In this document: one piece after another, positions 20,586 through 29,989 of the stretch | Numbering within the stretch: position 1 is the stretch's first letter | Layout: each line of letters begins with the position of its first letter | Origin: Candidatus Fervidifonticultor quintus | Lineage (GTDB): Bacteria; Sysuimicrobiota; Sysuimicrobiia; Sysuimicrobiales; Humicultoraceae | Length of the DNA stretch: 51,144 bases | Assembly (NCBI GenBank): GCA_031459535.1 | Contig: JAVKIJ010000012.1 | Location: 1 to 51,144, forward strand | Direction: 5' to 3' | Made by a program: the position numbers and the translations under genes | The notes under the pieces: generated by a model | Database searches by the model: none | Seen by the model: the letters and a program-made list of their open reading frames with translations, nothing else | Told to the model about the DNA's origin: nothing

Positions 20586-21710
20586 TCAAACCGGCTGCTC
20601 CGGGACGGCGGCCGTCTGGGCGGGCACCTGCTCGTCCTCGGGCAGGTCCACGAAGATCTTCTGAGCTTCGATCTCGCGAATCTGGGATTCGCTCTTGATG
20701 TCGATGCGCCAACCGGTCAACTTCGCGGCCAGCCGGGCGTTCTGCCCCTCGCGGCCGATGGCCAGCGAGAGCTGGTGGTCGGGCACGACCACCAGCGCCG
20801 TCTTCGTCGCTTCGTTGATCTCCACGCGGACCACCTTGGCCGGCGACAGCGCTGCCCCCACAAACGAGGCAATGTCCGGGCTCCACGCCACGATGTCGAT
20901 CTTCTCACCACGCAGTTCGTCCACGATGGCCTGCACGCGGGAGCCCTTGGGGCCGACGCAGGCCCCCACAGCGTCCACGTTGCGGTCGCGGGATGCTACG
21001 GCGATCTTGCTGCGGGTCCCGGCCTCCCTGGCGATGGCCTTGATCTCCACGATCCCTTCGTAGACCTCGGGCACCTCGATCTCGAACAGCCGTTTCAACA
21101 AACCGGGGTGGGTGCGCGAGACCACGATCTGGGGCCCGCGGGTTCCTTGCCGAACCTCCACCACATAGGCTTTCACGCGCTCGCCCTGACGGTACCCCTC
21201 CCGGGGAATCTGTTCCGGGGGTGGCAGCACCGCTTCGATGCGGCCCAGGTCGAGGAAGACGTTCTTGCGTTCGATGCGCTGCACGACGCCGGTCACGATG
21301 TCGCCTTCGCGGTCGCGGAACTCCTTGTAGACCAGCTCGCGCTCGGCCTCGCGGACGCGCTGCACGATCACCTGCTTGGCGGTCTGGGCGGCGATGCGCC
21401 CGAAGTCCTTGGGGGTGACCTCGACCTCCACCATCTCACCCACCTGCGCCGTCGGGTCCCATTCGCGAACCTGCGCCAGCGCGATCTGGGTCGTGGGGTC
21501 GTCCACCTCCTCGACAATGGTCCGCACCTGGTAGGCCCGCATCTCCCCGGTCTTCCTGTCCAGTTCGATGCGCATGCTCTGGGCCGTGGCACCGTAGTTC
21601 TTCTTGTAGGCTGACACCAAGGCGGCTTCGATGGCGTCGAAGATGATGTCTTTGCTGATGCCGCGCTCTTCCTCGAGTTGATCGAGCGCCCGCAGCAACT
21701 CGGCATTCAT
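20586..21710 (-). CDS. nusA: Transcription termination/antitermination factor NusA
   Basis: FGRIAAQTAKQ, S1 and KH domains (GACVGPKGSRV, LAIGREGQNARLA). ATG at 21710 overlaps the rimP stop. Confidence 0.97.
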   Translation of the reverse strand: MNAELLRALDQLEEERGISKDIIFDAIEAALVSAYKKNYGATAQSMRIELDRKTGEMRAYQVRTIVEEVDDPTTQIALAQVREWDPTAQVGEMVEVEVTPKDFGRIAAQTAKQVIVQRVREAERELVYKEFRDREGDIVTGVVQRIERKNVFLDLGRIEAVLPPPEQIPREGYRQGERVKAYVVEVRQGTRGPQIVVSRTHPGLLKRLFEIEVPEVYEGIVEIKAIAREAGTRSKIAVASRDRNVDAVGACVGPKGSRVQAIVDELRGEKIDIVAWSPDIASFVGAALSPAKVVRVEINEATKTALVVVPDHQLSLAIGREGQNARLAAKLTGWRIDIKSESQIREIEAQKIFVDLPEDEQVPAQTAAVPEQPV

Positions 21711-22213
21711 GATCCGGCGTGCCCTCCTCTGGCGAAGTCCTCGCGAAGATCCTCCATGTCCACCGCCAGCCGCGCGCGGGCAATCCCCTCCAGCGGCAGG
21801 CGCACAGTCTGTCCGTCCACGTCCACTGTCACTACCGCGGCCTCCAGCCCCAGGAGCGTGCCCTTCCACCGCCTGCGGCCCTCGATGGGCGCGTAGGTCG
21901 TAATCTCCACCTTTCGGCCGCTGAACCGACGGAAATCCCTCTCGGTGAGCAGCGGGCGATCGAGACCGGGCGAGGCAACCTCGAGGGTGTAGGCGTGTGG
22001 GATGGGATCGTGAAGGTCCAGCGCGCGACCCAGCTCCTCGGCCACTTCTGCACAGCGATCGACACTGACGCCCACTGCGTCCTCCACGATCACCCGCACG
22101 ATAGTCCGACGGCCTTCGCCCAACACCTCTATCCCCGCCAGGGCCAGCCCGTGTCTTTCGGCCACCGCCGCTGCCAGCCGTTCCACCACCACCGCCCACG
22201 CCGGGCGCCGCAT
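21707..22213 (-). CDS. rimP: Ribosome maturation factor RimP
   Basis: YTLEVASPGLDRPL motif; first gene of the nusA-infB operon. ATG at 22213 follows GGGAGGG. Confidence 0.93.
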   Translation of the reverse strand: MRRPAWAVVVERLAAAVAERHGLALAGIEVLGEGRRTIVRVIVEDAVGVSVDRCAEVAEELGRALDLHDPIPHAYTLEVASPGLDRPLLTERDFRRFSGRKVEITTYAPIEGRRRWKGTLLGLEAAVVTVDVDGQTVRLPLEGIARARLAVDMEDLREDFARGGHAGS

Positions 22214-22240
22214 GGCTTGCTGCCCTCCCGCCCCGCCGCC

Positions 22241-22272
22241 ATAAAAAACGAGCGGGCCGATGAACCCACTCG
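22241..22272 (-). terminator. rimP leader attenuator (intrinsic terminator in the 5' UTR)
   Basis: CGAGUGGG-loop-CCCGCUCG stem followed by UUUUUU, between the promoter and rimP; matches the known GAGUGGG/CCCRCUC rimP-leader motif. Confidence 0.8.
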
Positions 22273-22325
22273 CGTCAAGACACCCGGCGGAGAGCCGGTC
22301 GCTTCCAGCAGCGGTTACATGCGAG

Positions 22326-22354
22326 ATGCTATCACAGCGCGCGCAGACAGGCAA
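22326..22354 (-). promoter_or_regulatory. Sigma70-type promoter of the rimP-nusA-infB operon
   Basis: TTGCCT-17 nt-TAGCAT with a TG extended -10, immediately after the asnS stop. Confidence 0.65.
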
Positions 22355-22357
22355 GGC

Positions 22358-23674
22358 CTACGGGTAGAGCCGGTTGAGCAGTCTGGGGAACGGGATGGTT
22401 TCGCGGACGTGCTCGACACCGCAGATCCACGCCACGGTCCGTTCGATGCCGACCCCGAATCCGGAGTGGGGCACCGACCCGTATCGGCGCAGGTCCAGGT
22501 ACCAGCGGTAGGGTTCTGGGGGCAATCCGTGCTCGGCGAGGCGGCGTTGGAGCAGGCCCAAATCGTGGATCCGCTGTCCTCCACCGATGATCTCCCCGTA
22601 TCCCTCAGGCGCCAGCAGATCGGCCCCCAACACCACATCGGGCCGCTCCGGGTCAGGCTGCATGTAGAAAGCCTTGCACTGGGCTGGATACCGATGCACG
22701 AAGACTGGCCGGTCAAAGTCGGTGCTGATCGCGGTCTCCTCGTCTCCACCGAGATCCTCACCCCACGGGACGTGGAGGCCGCGGTCGGCCAACAGCCGCA
22801 ACGCCTCGTCATACGAGATCCGCGGGAACGGGACCACCACTCGCTCCAGGGGCGCCAGGTCCCGTCCCAGCGTGGCGAGTTCCCGCCGGCACCGTTCAAG
22901 GATCCGGACCACGACCCAGGCGATGAAATCCTCGGCCAGCGCCATGTAGTCGTCCAGTTCCATGTAGGCGGCCTCGGGCTCCAGCATCCAGAACTCGGCC
23001 AGGTGCCGGCGTGTCTTGCTTTTCTCGGCCCGAAAGGTAGGCCCGAAGCAGTACACGCGACCGAAGGCCATGGCCGCCGCCTCGTTGTACAGTTGCCCGG
23101 ACTGCGTGAGATAGGCGGGGCCCAGGTCGAAGTACTCGGTCGAGAACAGAGTGGTCGTCCCCTCAGCAGCCGCCGGCGTGAGAATGGGCGCGTCCACGCG
23201 GAGGAAGCCATGGCCATCCAGATAGTCGGTCATAGCCCGGATGACCTCGGCCCGGACCCGCATGAGGGCATGCTGCCGGACGCTGCGCAGCCACAGGTGT
23301 CGGTGGTCCATCAGAAACTCGATGCCGTGCTCCTTGGGCGTGATGGGATAGGCCTCCGCCTTCGACACCACTCGGAGGGCGCTGACGGAGAGTTCCACGC
23401 CGCCGGGCGCGCGGGCGTCCTCACGGACGACCCCGCGCACGATGATGCTGCTCTCCTGCGGCAAGCGGTCTGCAGCCGTGAACACCTCGGGGACCACCTC
23501 GGCCTGAGACATGACGGCTTGAACGATTCCCGTGCCGTCTCGAACCAGCAGGAAGTGGATCCTGCCGCTGCTGCGACGGTTGTACAGCCATCCCCGCACC
23601 TCCACGTGCCGGCCCACGTGGCGCGGCAGCGACTCGACGTACACCCACACGGGTCCCTCGTTCATCTCAGACAC
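22358..23674 (-). CDS. asnS: Asparagine--tRNA ligase
   Basis: OB-fold [27 protein letters not shown], motif 2 [21 protein letters not shown] and motif 3 GVGIER; alternative ATG at 23665. Confidence 0.93.
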   Translation of the reverse strand: MSEMNEGPVWVYVESLPRHVGRHVEVRGWLYNRRSSGRIHFLLVRDGTGIVQAVMSQAEVVPEVFTAADRLPQESSIIVRGVVREDARAPGGVELSVSALRVVSKAEAYPITPKEHGIEFLMDHRHLWLRSVRQHALMRVRAEVIRAMTDYLDGHGFLRVDAPILTPAAAEGTTTLFSTEYFDLGPAYLTQSGQLYNEAAAMAFGRVYCFGPTFRAEKSKTRRHLAEFWMLEPEAAYMELDDYMALAEDFIAWVVVRILERCRRELATLGRDLAPLERVVVPFPRISYDEALRLLADRGLHVPWGEDLGGDEETAISTDFDRPVFVHRYPAQCKAFYMQPDPERPDVVLGADLLAPEGYGEIIGGGQRIHDLGLLQRRLAEHGLPPEPYRWYLDLRRYGSVPHSGFGVGIERTVAWICGVEHVRETIPFPRLLNRLYP

Positions 23675-23728
23675 CTGCCCAACAGGAACTCGCCACCACG
23701 AATGGAATCACCGACCGGGGCACACGAT

Positions 23729-24379
23729 ATGTCTGGCGCTCCGGCGATCCTCCTCATCTTCGACTTCGACAATACGCTGGTCGACTCCCGGATCAACTTC
23801 CCCGAGTTGCGCGCCACGCTGACCGACATGCTGGCGCGCGCCGGACCGCTCCCCGCGGCGCGGGAGGCGCTGCTGCGCCTGCCCATCCTGGATCTCGTCG
23901 AGTGCGGACGCCAGCGATCGCCGGCACTGGCCGCTGCCATGTGGGCCGCCATCGAGACCTTCGAGGCCGAGGGGCTCAAGGATGCCACGGCGATGCCCCA
24001 CGCCCACCGAGTCCTGGCCGGACTGGCGGCGCGGGCGTACCGTCTGGCCCTGCTGACGAACAACGCTCGGCCGGCTACCGTCCGGATTCTGGACGCGCTG
24101 GACCTCACCCAGCACTTCGACCTGGTCGTGACCCGCGACGATGTGCCGCGTCTCAAACCCGATCCCGTGGGCGTGCGCTACATCATCGACCGTCTGGGCC
24201 CGGTACGGACTGCCTTCCTGGTCGGAGACTCGTGGATCGACGGCCTGACCGCCAGGGCCGCTGGCATCCGGTTCGTGGGCTTTGGCCCCCGCCGCGGCGA
24301 TGCCGAAGCCCGGGGGATCACCGCCTGGGCCTGGGTCGCCGAACTGCCGGAACTGCTGGACCTGGACTGGGAATCGTAG
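23729..24379 (+). CDS. HAD superfamily hydrolase (phosphoglycolate phosphatase-like)
   Basis: Motif I FDFDNTLVD, LLTNN, KPDP and GDSWID; alternative ATG at 23702. Confidence 0.88.
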   Translation: MSGAPAILLIFDFDNTLVDSRINFPELRATLTDMLARAGPLPAAREALLRLPILDLVECGRQRSPALAAAMWAAIETFEAEGLKDATAMPHAHRVLAGLAARAYRLALLTNNARPATVRILDALDLTQHFDLVVTRDDVPRLKPDPVGVRYIIDRLGPVRTAFLVGDSWIDGLTARAAGIRFVGFGPRRGDAEARGITAWAWVAELPELLDLDWES

Positions 24380-24429
24380 TCAGACGCCCCCTGGGCCCGC
24401 CCGGAGTGGAGGCGTGCCAGCCCGACGCG

Positions 24430-24936
24430 CTACCAGAGGTGAGCGAACTTGGCGGCGAATCGCCGCTCCAATTCCTCGCGATTCAAGTTGTAGACCGGGC
24501 AGTCACGTAGCATGCAGACGTGGAGCGCCTGGTTGCAGTACGCCTCCTCTATTTCCCAGCAGGAGTGGTTGACGTAGTACGCCGCGCACACGCCCTTCCG
24601 CGGGTGCACACCAGAGGCGTCCGGGGGAATGCCGTAGACCGGCGCCACCTTCGGGACGCCGGTCGCCGGTACCGGCTGGGGCGCTTCTGGCGCAGGCGTT
24701 GGCGGTGCGCTCTCTGTGGCCGGCGCCAGCACCGCCTCGGGCTCGGGCACAGGGCGTGGCCTCACCAGCGGTTCACGGACCAGCCTCAGAATGGGCCGGT
24801 CATCCCGGTCGGCTGTCGTCTCCTCCGGTCTCGGCTCGGTCGCCGACCCCTCGGTGGACAGTGCCTCCATCTCGCGCGAGGCCACCTCGATCAGGTGCCT
24901 AACGCCGCGCCGAAGCTCCTCGCGCCCCCTTGGCAT
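24430..24936 (-). CDS. Hypothetical protein: amphipathic N-terminal peptide, Pro/Glu-rich linker, C-terminal 5-Cys (CW-type) domain; probable ParA partner
   Basis: ATG preceded by GAGGTG and overlapping the parA 3' end; C-terminal CAAYYVNHSCWEIEEAYCNQALHVCMLRDCPVY. Confidence 0.8.
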   Translation of the reverse strand: MPRGREELRRGVRHLIEVASREMEALSTEGSATEPRPEETTADRDDRPILRLVREPLVRPRPVPEPEAVLAPATESAPPTPAPEAPQPVPATGVPKVAPVYGIPPDASGVHPRKGVCAAYYVNHSCWEIEEAYCNQALHVCMLRDCPVYNLNREELERRFAAKFAHLW

Positions 24937-25714
24937 GGGCGATCACCTCTTGGGCAAGACTGCCGTACTCCCGGGCGCCACGAGACTCGGGGTTGGTCAC
25001 AAACAGGGGTACGCCCTTCATGGACGACTCCACCAGCTTGATGTTGAAGTGGATCGTCGACTGGAACACCTTGTTGGGAAAGAAGTCGTGAATGCCGGCG
25101 AGGATCTCCTTGCTGATGGTCGTGCGGGAGTCGTACATGGTGGGGAGCACGCCCAGGATTTCCACGTGATGACCCACTTCCTCGCGCACCATCTTGAGCG
25201 TCTTGAGGAGCTGCCGCATGCCCAGCAACGCGTAGTAGTGGGTCTGAATCGGGATAATGATGGAGTCGCAGGCGACCAGGGCGTTCAGGGTAAGCAACCC
25301 CAGCGACGGCGGCGTGTCGATCAGGATGAACTCGTACCGGTCCCGGACGGACGCGATGCGCCGCCGCAACGAGTTCTCCCGGCCGATGCGGGCAGCCAGC
25401 TCCAGCTCGGCTGCGGCCAGATCGATGGATGCAGGCGCCACCTCCAGCCGTTTCACGTTCGTCGGCCGGATTACCGCGGTCAGCGCCAGGCCCCCCTCGT
25501 GGTCGGGGTCCACCAGGACATGATAGATCGTCCGCTCCTGCGTCGCGGGGTCCACGCCCACGCTGATCGTGGCGTTGGCCTGCGGATCCATGTCCACCAG
25601 GAGCGTCGGATAGCCCGCCGCTGCCAGGGAGGCACTGAGATTGACCGCAGTCGTGGTCTTGCCGCAGCCTCCCTTTTGATTGACCAGGCCGATGACCAGC
25701 GCCTGCGTGTTCAA
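24899..25714 (-). CDS. parA: ParA/Soj family ATPase (orphan, no adjacent parB)
   Basis: Deviant Walker A NQKGGCGKTT, switch I DMDPQANAT and Walker B IDTPPSLG; TTG start after GGGAG. Confidence 0.92.
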   Translation of the reverse strand: MNTQALVIGLVNQKGGCGKTTTAVNLSASLAAAGYPTLLVDMDPQANATISVGVDPATQERTIYHVLVDPDHEGGLALTAVIRPTNVKRLEVAPASIDLAAAELELAARIGRENSLRRRIASVRDRYEFILIDTPPSLGLLTLNALVACDSIIIPIQTHYYALLGMRQLLKTLKMVREEVGHHVEILGVLPTMYDSRTTISKEILAGIHDFFPNKVFQSTIHFNIKLVESSMKGVPLFVTNPESRGAREYGSLAQEVIAHAKGARGASARR

Positions 25715-25869
25715 CGCCTGCTCCCATCACAGGACCGAACTGGGAATACGATCATCCGTTCGCCTGCCTGTTCGACCCCATCAAAACAATATCCTCTCGG
25801 GGGATTTCCTTCGGCACGGAGAGGGGTAGTGGTTGCATCAGACTGCATACGGCTGGAGGGGGTGGGTGT

Positions 25870-27002
25870 ATGCGGGTCACGGTGAGTGTGATCAAGGCGG
25901 ATATCGGCAGCGTGGGCGGCCATACGCTCCCGAGCCGCGAGGTACTGGAGTGCGTCCGGGGTCAGGTGATGGACGCCGTGGGCGCGCTGCTCCTGGACGC
26001 CCATGTGGGTCACACGGGGACGACATCTGCCTGGTCATGAGTCACACGCACGGGGTCGCCGATCCCCGGGTACACGGGCTCGCCTGGGCCGCATTCAACG
26101 CAGGCGCGGACGTCGCCAGGCGGCAGGGGCTGTACGGGCCCGGGCAGGATCTGCTCAAGGATGCGTTCTCAGGTAACGTGCGCGGACTCGGCCCCGGGTC
26201 GGCGGAGATCGAGTTCGACGAGCGTCCCAACGAGGCGTTCATGGTGCTGTGCGCCGACAAGACCGAGCCGGGCGCCTTCAACCTGCCCCTGTACCTGACG
26301 TTCTCCGACCCCATGTATTCACCAGGCCTGCTGCTCTCGGAACCGCTTCACGATGGGTTTCGGTTCCGCATCATGGACGTAGACCACGACGCCGGCGAGC
26401 GAACCATCGTGCTGGACGCTCCCGAGCGGTTGTACGACATCGCAGCCCTGCTCCGTGACACTCATCGGTTCGTGGTGGAAGCCATATGGTCGCGGTGCTT
26501 CCCAACGGAGCAGGCCGCCGCGGTCTCCACCAGCCGTCTGCGCAACATCGCCGGCAGGTACGTGGGCAAGGACGATCCGGTGGCCGTGGTGCGGGTGCAG
26601 AAGATCTTCGCGGCCACCGAAGAGTTCGGGCCGGCCTTTGCCCTCGGCCAGTTCGTGGCCGGGGACGCGCGCGGCAGCCACCACTTGCCGCTGATGCCGG
26701 TCCCCATGAACACGCCGGCGTCGACGTTCTTCTGCTGTCCCATGGTCTCGGCTCTGGGGTTCTCGATGCACGGCGGCCGACTGGCGGCGGTCACCGACCT
26801 GTTCGCCGACCCGTTCTGGTCCCACGTGCGGGACCAGGTGGCGGCCAAGGCCATGGAGATGCGCAAGCAGGGGTTCTTCGGCCCGGCCATGCTGCCCATG
26901 TCCGAACTCGAGTACGGCGGGATTGTCGCGCGCCTGCGTCGTCTGGAACGGGAGTTCAGTGTGGACGCCCACCACCCGGCCGGGCAAGCTGTCCGAGGCT
27001 AG
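25870..27002 (+). CDS. fbp: Fructose-1,6-bisphosphate aldolase/phosphatase (class V FBPase), interrupted by a 1-nt frameshift near 26016-26019
   Basis: The frame from ATG 25870 reads MRVTVSVIKADIGSVGGH...HVGHTG and stops at 26040. The -1 frame continues GDDI..., LYGPGQDLLKDAFSGNVRGLGP, DKTEPGAFN, YVGKDDP and MLPMSELEY. Confidence 0.9.
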
Positions 27003-27151
27003 TGGCCGTGGGGGCCCGCTTCGTCCTCCTGGAGGATGACCCGGTTCACGAACCGGACCAACCCGGGCGCCACCCTTGGCAGCAGGGCGCCCACGATCAC
27101 CATGGCGCCCAGCGCCCACAGGACGATCAGCACAGCCTCTCGCTCAGTCAT
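26999..27151 (-). CDS. Small (50 aa) predicted single-pass membrane protein
   Basis: MTEREAVLIVLWALGAMVIVGALLPR...; GAGGGGAG RBS; start overlaps the cca stop. Confidence 0.6.
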   Translation of the reverse strand: MTEREAVLIVLWALGAMVIVGALLPRVAPGLVRFVNRVILQEDEAGPHGH

Positions 27152-28466
27152 GCTCCCCTCCGCGCGCGCCGGACACCTTGGGCGCGGGAACCGGTTCTCC
27201 GGCCTGCGGAGGCGCTCCTGCCGGGAGGCGCGCGCGTACCCACGCCCGGGCGTCCTGGCGGGTTGCAACCTCGCCCCGCATCCGCGCCTCCTCCACTGAC
27301 TCCAGGATGCTGGCGAACTGCGGACCCGGCGACAGCCCCAACGCGACCAGGTCCCGCCCTGACAGCAAGGGCCTTGGCAGGCCCAGGGAGCCGACCTGGG
27401 CCGCGACGATTTCCGCCGCCCTGACGTACGCCGAGGAGTCACGGCCAGCAGCCAACGCCGCCACACGGTAGACCTCGAGCAGGTCGGCCGGGGCAGCGCG
27501 CGCGAAGAGCGCCCGAACCGCCCCGGGCCGCATGGCCGCCAGATCGGCGACTCGGGCGTGCTCGCGCACCAGGGCCGTAATCGCCCGCCGTTCTACGTTG
27601 GAGAAGCGCAGACGCCGGCAGACCGCGTCGGCTTGGTCAGGCCGTTCCACGGCGAGCAGGAGAACCGCCATGGCCACCACCGCGCTCGGCCGACGCAGGT
27701 GTCCCAGCGCCCTCAGGCTGCGGGCCAGGCGGTCCGTTCCCAGGTCGCCTCCAGGTGACCGCGCCCCCCCACCAGCCGGGACCAGTTCCGGGAGAATCGC
27801 ACCTAGCAGCCCGGTGTGGGCCAGCAGCCGCAGAGCCTGGGCGCGGCCCGGTGCCACCAGCAGGCGCGCCAGTTCCTCGTGAATGCGCTCCGCGCTGACC
27901 GTCCGGACGGTGGCCGAGAGGTCCGTCATGGCTTCCAGCGCTGCGGGATCGATCGCGAACCCCAGTTCCGCACCAAGACGCACGGCCCGAAGCATTCGGA
28001 GCCGATCCTCGCCGAAGCGGACGGTCGGGTCGCCCACAGTGCGAATGCACCGTCGGTCGAGATCTTCTCGGCCGCCCACATAGTCAAGGATGGTGTGGGA
28101 TACGGGGTCGTAGAACAATGCGTTGATGGTGAAGTCGCGGCGCAGCGCGTCCGCCGCGGCATCGGCGGGCTCTACGAACGCCGGGCGACGGCCGTCGAGG
28201 TAGGGCCCTTCCCGGCGGAACGTGGCCACTTGAAACTGACGGCCGTCGAGGATCACCGCCACCACACCGAACTCCGCGCCCACCGGCACCGTGCGATCGA
28301 ACAGGGCTGCCACGGCCTGGGGGGGCGCGGCAGTGACGATGTCCAGATCCGCTGGCGTCCGCCCGAGCAGCAGGTCGCGCACGACCCCGCCGACCAGATA
28401 CGCCTCCCACCCGTGAGCCTGGAGGCGCTCCGCAATCGCGACCCCGGGCCGCAGGGCCGCAGGCAA
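27144..28466 (-). CDS. cca: tRNA nucleotidyltransferase (class II CCA-adding/poly(A) polymerase family)
   Basis: LVGGVVRDLLLG..DLDI, RRDFTINAL, EDRLRMLRAVR and SAERIHEEL. Start uncertain (TTG 28466 or CTG 28493). Confidence 0.88.
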   Translation of the reverse strand: MPAALRPGVAIAERLQAHGWEAYLVGGVVRDLLLGRTPADLDIVTAAPPQAVAALFDRTVPVGAEFGVVAVILDGRQFQVATFRREGPYLDGRRPAFVEPADAAADALRRDFTINALFYDPVSHTILDYVGGREDLDRRCIRTVGDPTVRFGEDRLRMLRAVRLGAELGFAIDPAALEAMTDLSATVRTVSAERIHEELARLLVAPGRAQALRLLAHTGLLGAILPELVPAGGGARSPGGDLGTDRLARSLRALGHLRRPSAVVAMAVLLLAVERPDQADAVCRRLRFSNVERRAITALVREHARVADLAAMRPGAVRALFARAAPADLLEVYRVAALAAGRDSSAYVRAAEIVAAQVGSLGLPRPLLSGRDLVALGLSPGPQFASILESVEEARMRGEVATRQDARAWVRARLPAGAPPQAGEPVPAPKVSGARGGEHD

Positions 28467-28482
28467 CCGCTGGAGGAGCGAG

Positions 28483-28812
28483 CTATCCTTCAGGTTGGTC
28501 CTCGACGTGACGCCGGATCTCCCGCGCCTTCTCCTCGACGGTTTCCCGGCCACGCTCGACGATCTCCCGGATACGCGCCGCGCCCTCATCCAACTTGGAC
28601 CGGCCGCGGGTGGCCAGGTCCTCGGCGGTACCACGAACCTTCTTGACTACGTCGTCAGTACGCTCAAGGGCCCGCTCGCGGAGTTGTTCGGCGGACTCGC
28701 CCAGTTGCCGCCGCGTCTCTTCACCGGACCGCGGTGCGTACAGCAGGGCCAGCGCCGTACCCAGCAGGCCCCCCAGAATGAATCCTGCCACGAAATCACC
28801 ACGGTTGCTCAC
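28483..28812 (-). CDS. YtxH domain-containing protein
   Basis: [26 protein letters not shown] motif followed by a charged coiled-coil. Confidence 0.88.
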   Translation of the reverse strand: MSNRGDFVAGFILGGLLGTALALLYAPRSGEETRRQLGESAEQLRERALERTDDVVKKVRGTAEDLATRGRSKLDEGAARIREIVERGRETVEEKAREIRRHVEDQPEG

Positions 28813-29911
28813 AACGAGCCACCTCCCCTTCTCTCGACTCTTCCCGCTGGATGATGCCGCCTCCCAGCACGCGATCGCCGTCGTAGAACGCCACGGCCTG
28901 TCCGGGTGCGGCGGCGCGCTGCGCCGCGTCGAAGATCACGTCCACTCCCCCCTCGGACCGCAGCTCCAGCCGGGCCGGCACATCGGCGGCCGCGTGCCGC
29001 ACGCGCACGGTAACCCGCGGCGGCGGCGGTGGGGGCACGATCCAGTTCACCTGTCCGAGACGCACCCGGCTGCGCAGCAGATCGTCTGGGCCGCCTACGA
29101 CCACCGTGTTGCTCTCGGCGTCGATATCGATCACGTACTGGGGGTGAGCCGACGGCAGGCCCAGCCCGCGGCGCTGGCCGACGGTATAACGGCCGATTCC
29201 GGCGTGCAACCCCAGCAGGCGGCCCGAGACGTCGCGAATTGGCCCCGGACGGCCGGCGCCGGGCCGGCGTGCTGCCACCAGATCGCCGTAGTGTCCAGTG
29301 GGTACGAAGCAAATCTCTTGGCTGTCTGGCTTGTCGGCAACTGGCAGCTCGAACCGCCGGGCGAGGTCCCGAACCTCCTCCTTGGTGTGGCCACCGATCG
29401 GGAAGCGAAGGCGCTCCAGGTGCGTGGGGGTGAGCGCAAACAGGACGTAGGACTGGTCTTTGCGCTCATCGGCGCCCCGTAGCAGCAGCGGCTGCCCGGT
29501 CGCCTCGTCACGCCCGATGCGGGCGTAGTGACCCGTTGCCAGCAGGTCACAGTTGAGCGCGTCGGCCCGATCGAGCAGCACGCGAAACTTCACCGCCTGG
29601 TTGCAGGCGATGCACGGGTTGGGCGTCCGGCCCCGGGCGTACTCATCGACGAAGTAGTCAATGACCATGCGCTCGAACACCTCGCGCAAGTTCAGGACGT
29701 AGTGGCGAATTCCGAGCCGAGCCGCCACGGCCCGGGCATCGTCGATGGCGTTGACCCCACAACACGCCCGGCTGGCCCCGTCGGCAGCCGGTATCCAGGC
29801 AGGCCACAGGTTCATCGTCAGCCCCACCACCTGATGCCCCTGCGCCACAAGCAGCGCAGCCGCCACGGCACTATCCACTCCGCCGCTCATGGCCACAGCA
29901 ATGCGCGCCAT
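28796..29911 (-). CDS. mnmA: tRNA 2-thiouridine(34) synthase MnmA
   Basis: PP-loop [33 protein letters not shown] and [10 protein letters not shown]. Confidence 0.96.
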   Translation of the reverse strand: MARIAVAMSGGVDSAVAAALLVAQGHQVVGLTMNLWPAWIPAADGASRACCGVNAIDDARAVAARLGIRHYVLNLREVFERMVIDYFVDEYARGRTPNPCIACNQAVKFRVLLDRADALNCDLLATGHYARIGRDEATGQPLLLRGADERKDQSYVLFALTPTHLERLRFPIGGHTKEEVRDLARRFELPVADKPDSQEICFVPTGHYGDLVAARRPGAGRPGPIRDVSGRLLGLHAGIGRYTVGQRRGLGLPSAHPQYVIDIDAESNTVVVGGPDDLLRSRVRLGQVNWIVPPPPPPRVTVRVRHAAADVPARLELRSEGGVDVIFDAAQRAAAPGQAVAFYDGDRVLGGGIIQREESREGEVARCEQPW

Positions 29912-29942
29912 CTCGTCGTCACCGTCCCCACGCAGCGCGACG

Positions 29943-29972
29943 ATGGTAGCAACGCCGGACCGCCCCTGTCAA
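29943..29972 (-). promoter_or_regulatory. Sigma70-type promoter for mnmA-ytxH-cca
   Basis: TTGACA-18 nt-TACCAT with a TG extended -10. Confidence 0.65.
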
Positions 29973-29989
29973 AGACCCGACCGCCGCTG

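Noticed and set aside
21719-23728. 886-aa plus-strand ORF that appears to give the HAD hydrolase a huge N-terminal extension
   Set aside because: The extension is the antisense shadow of rimP and asnS; only the part from 23729 (or 23702) has protein-like motifs.
25715-25869. Possible parS site or small ORF (25711-26013) upstream of parA
   Set aside because: No match to the TGTTTCACGTGAAACA-type palindrome; the ORF overlaps the real fbp start on the other strand and lacks support.
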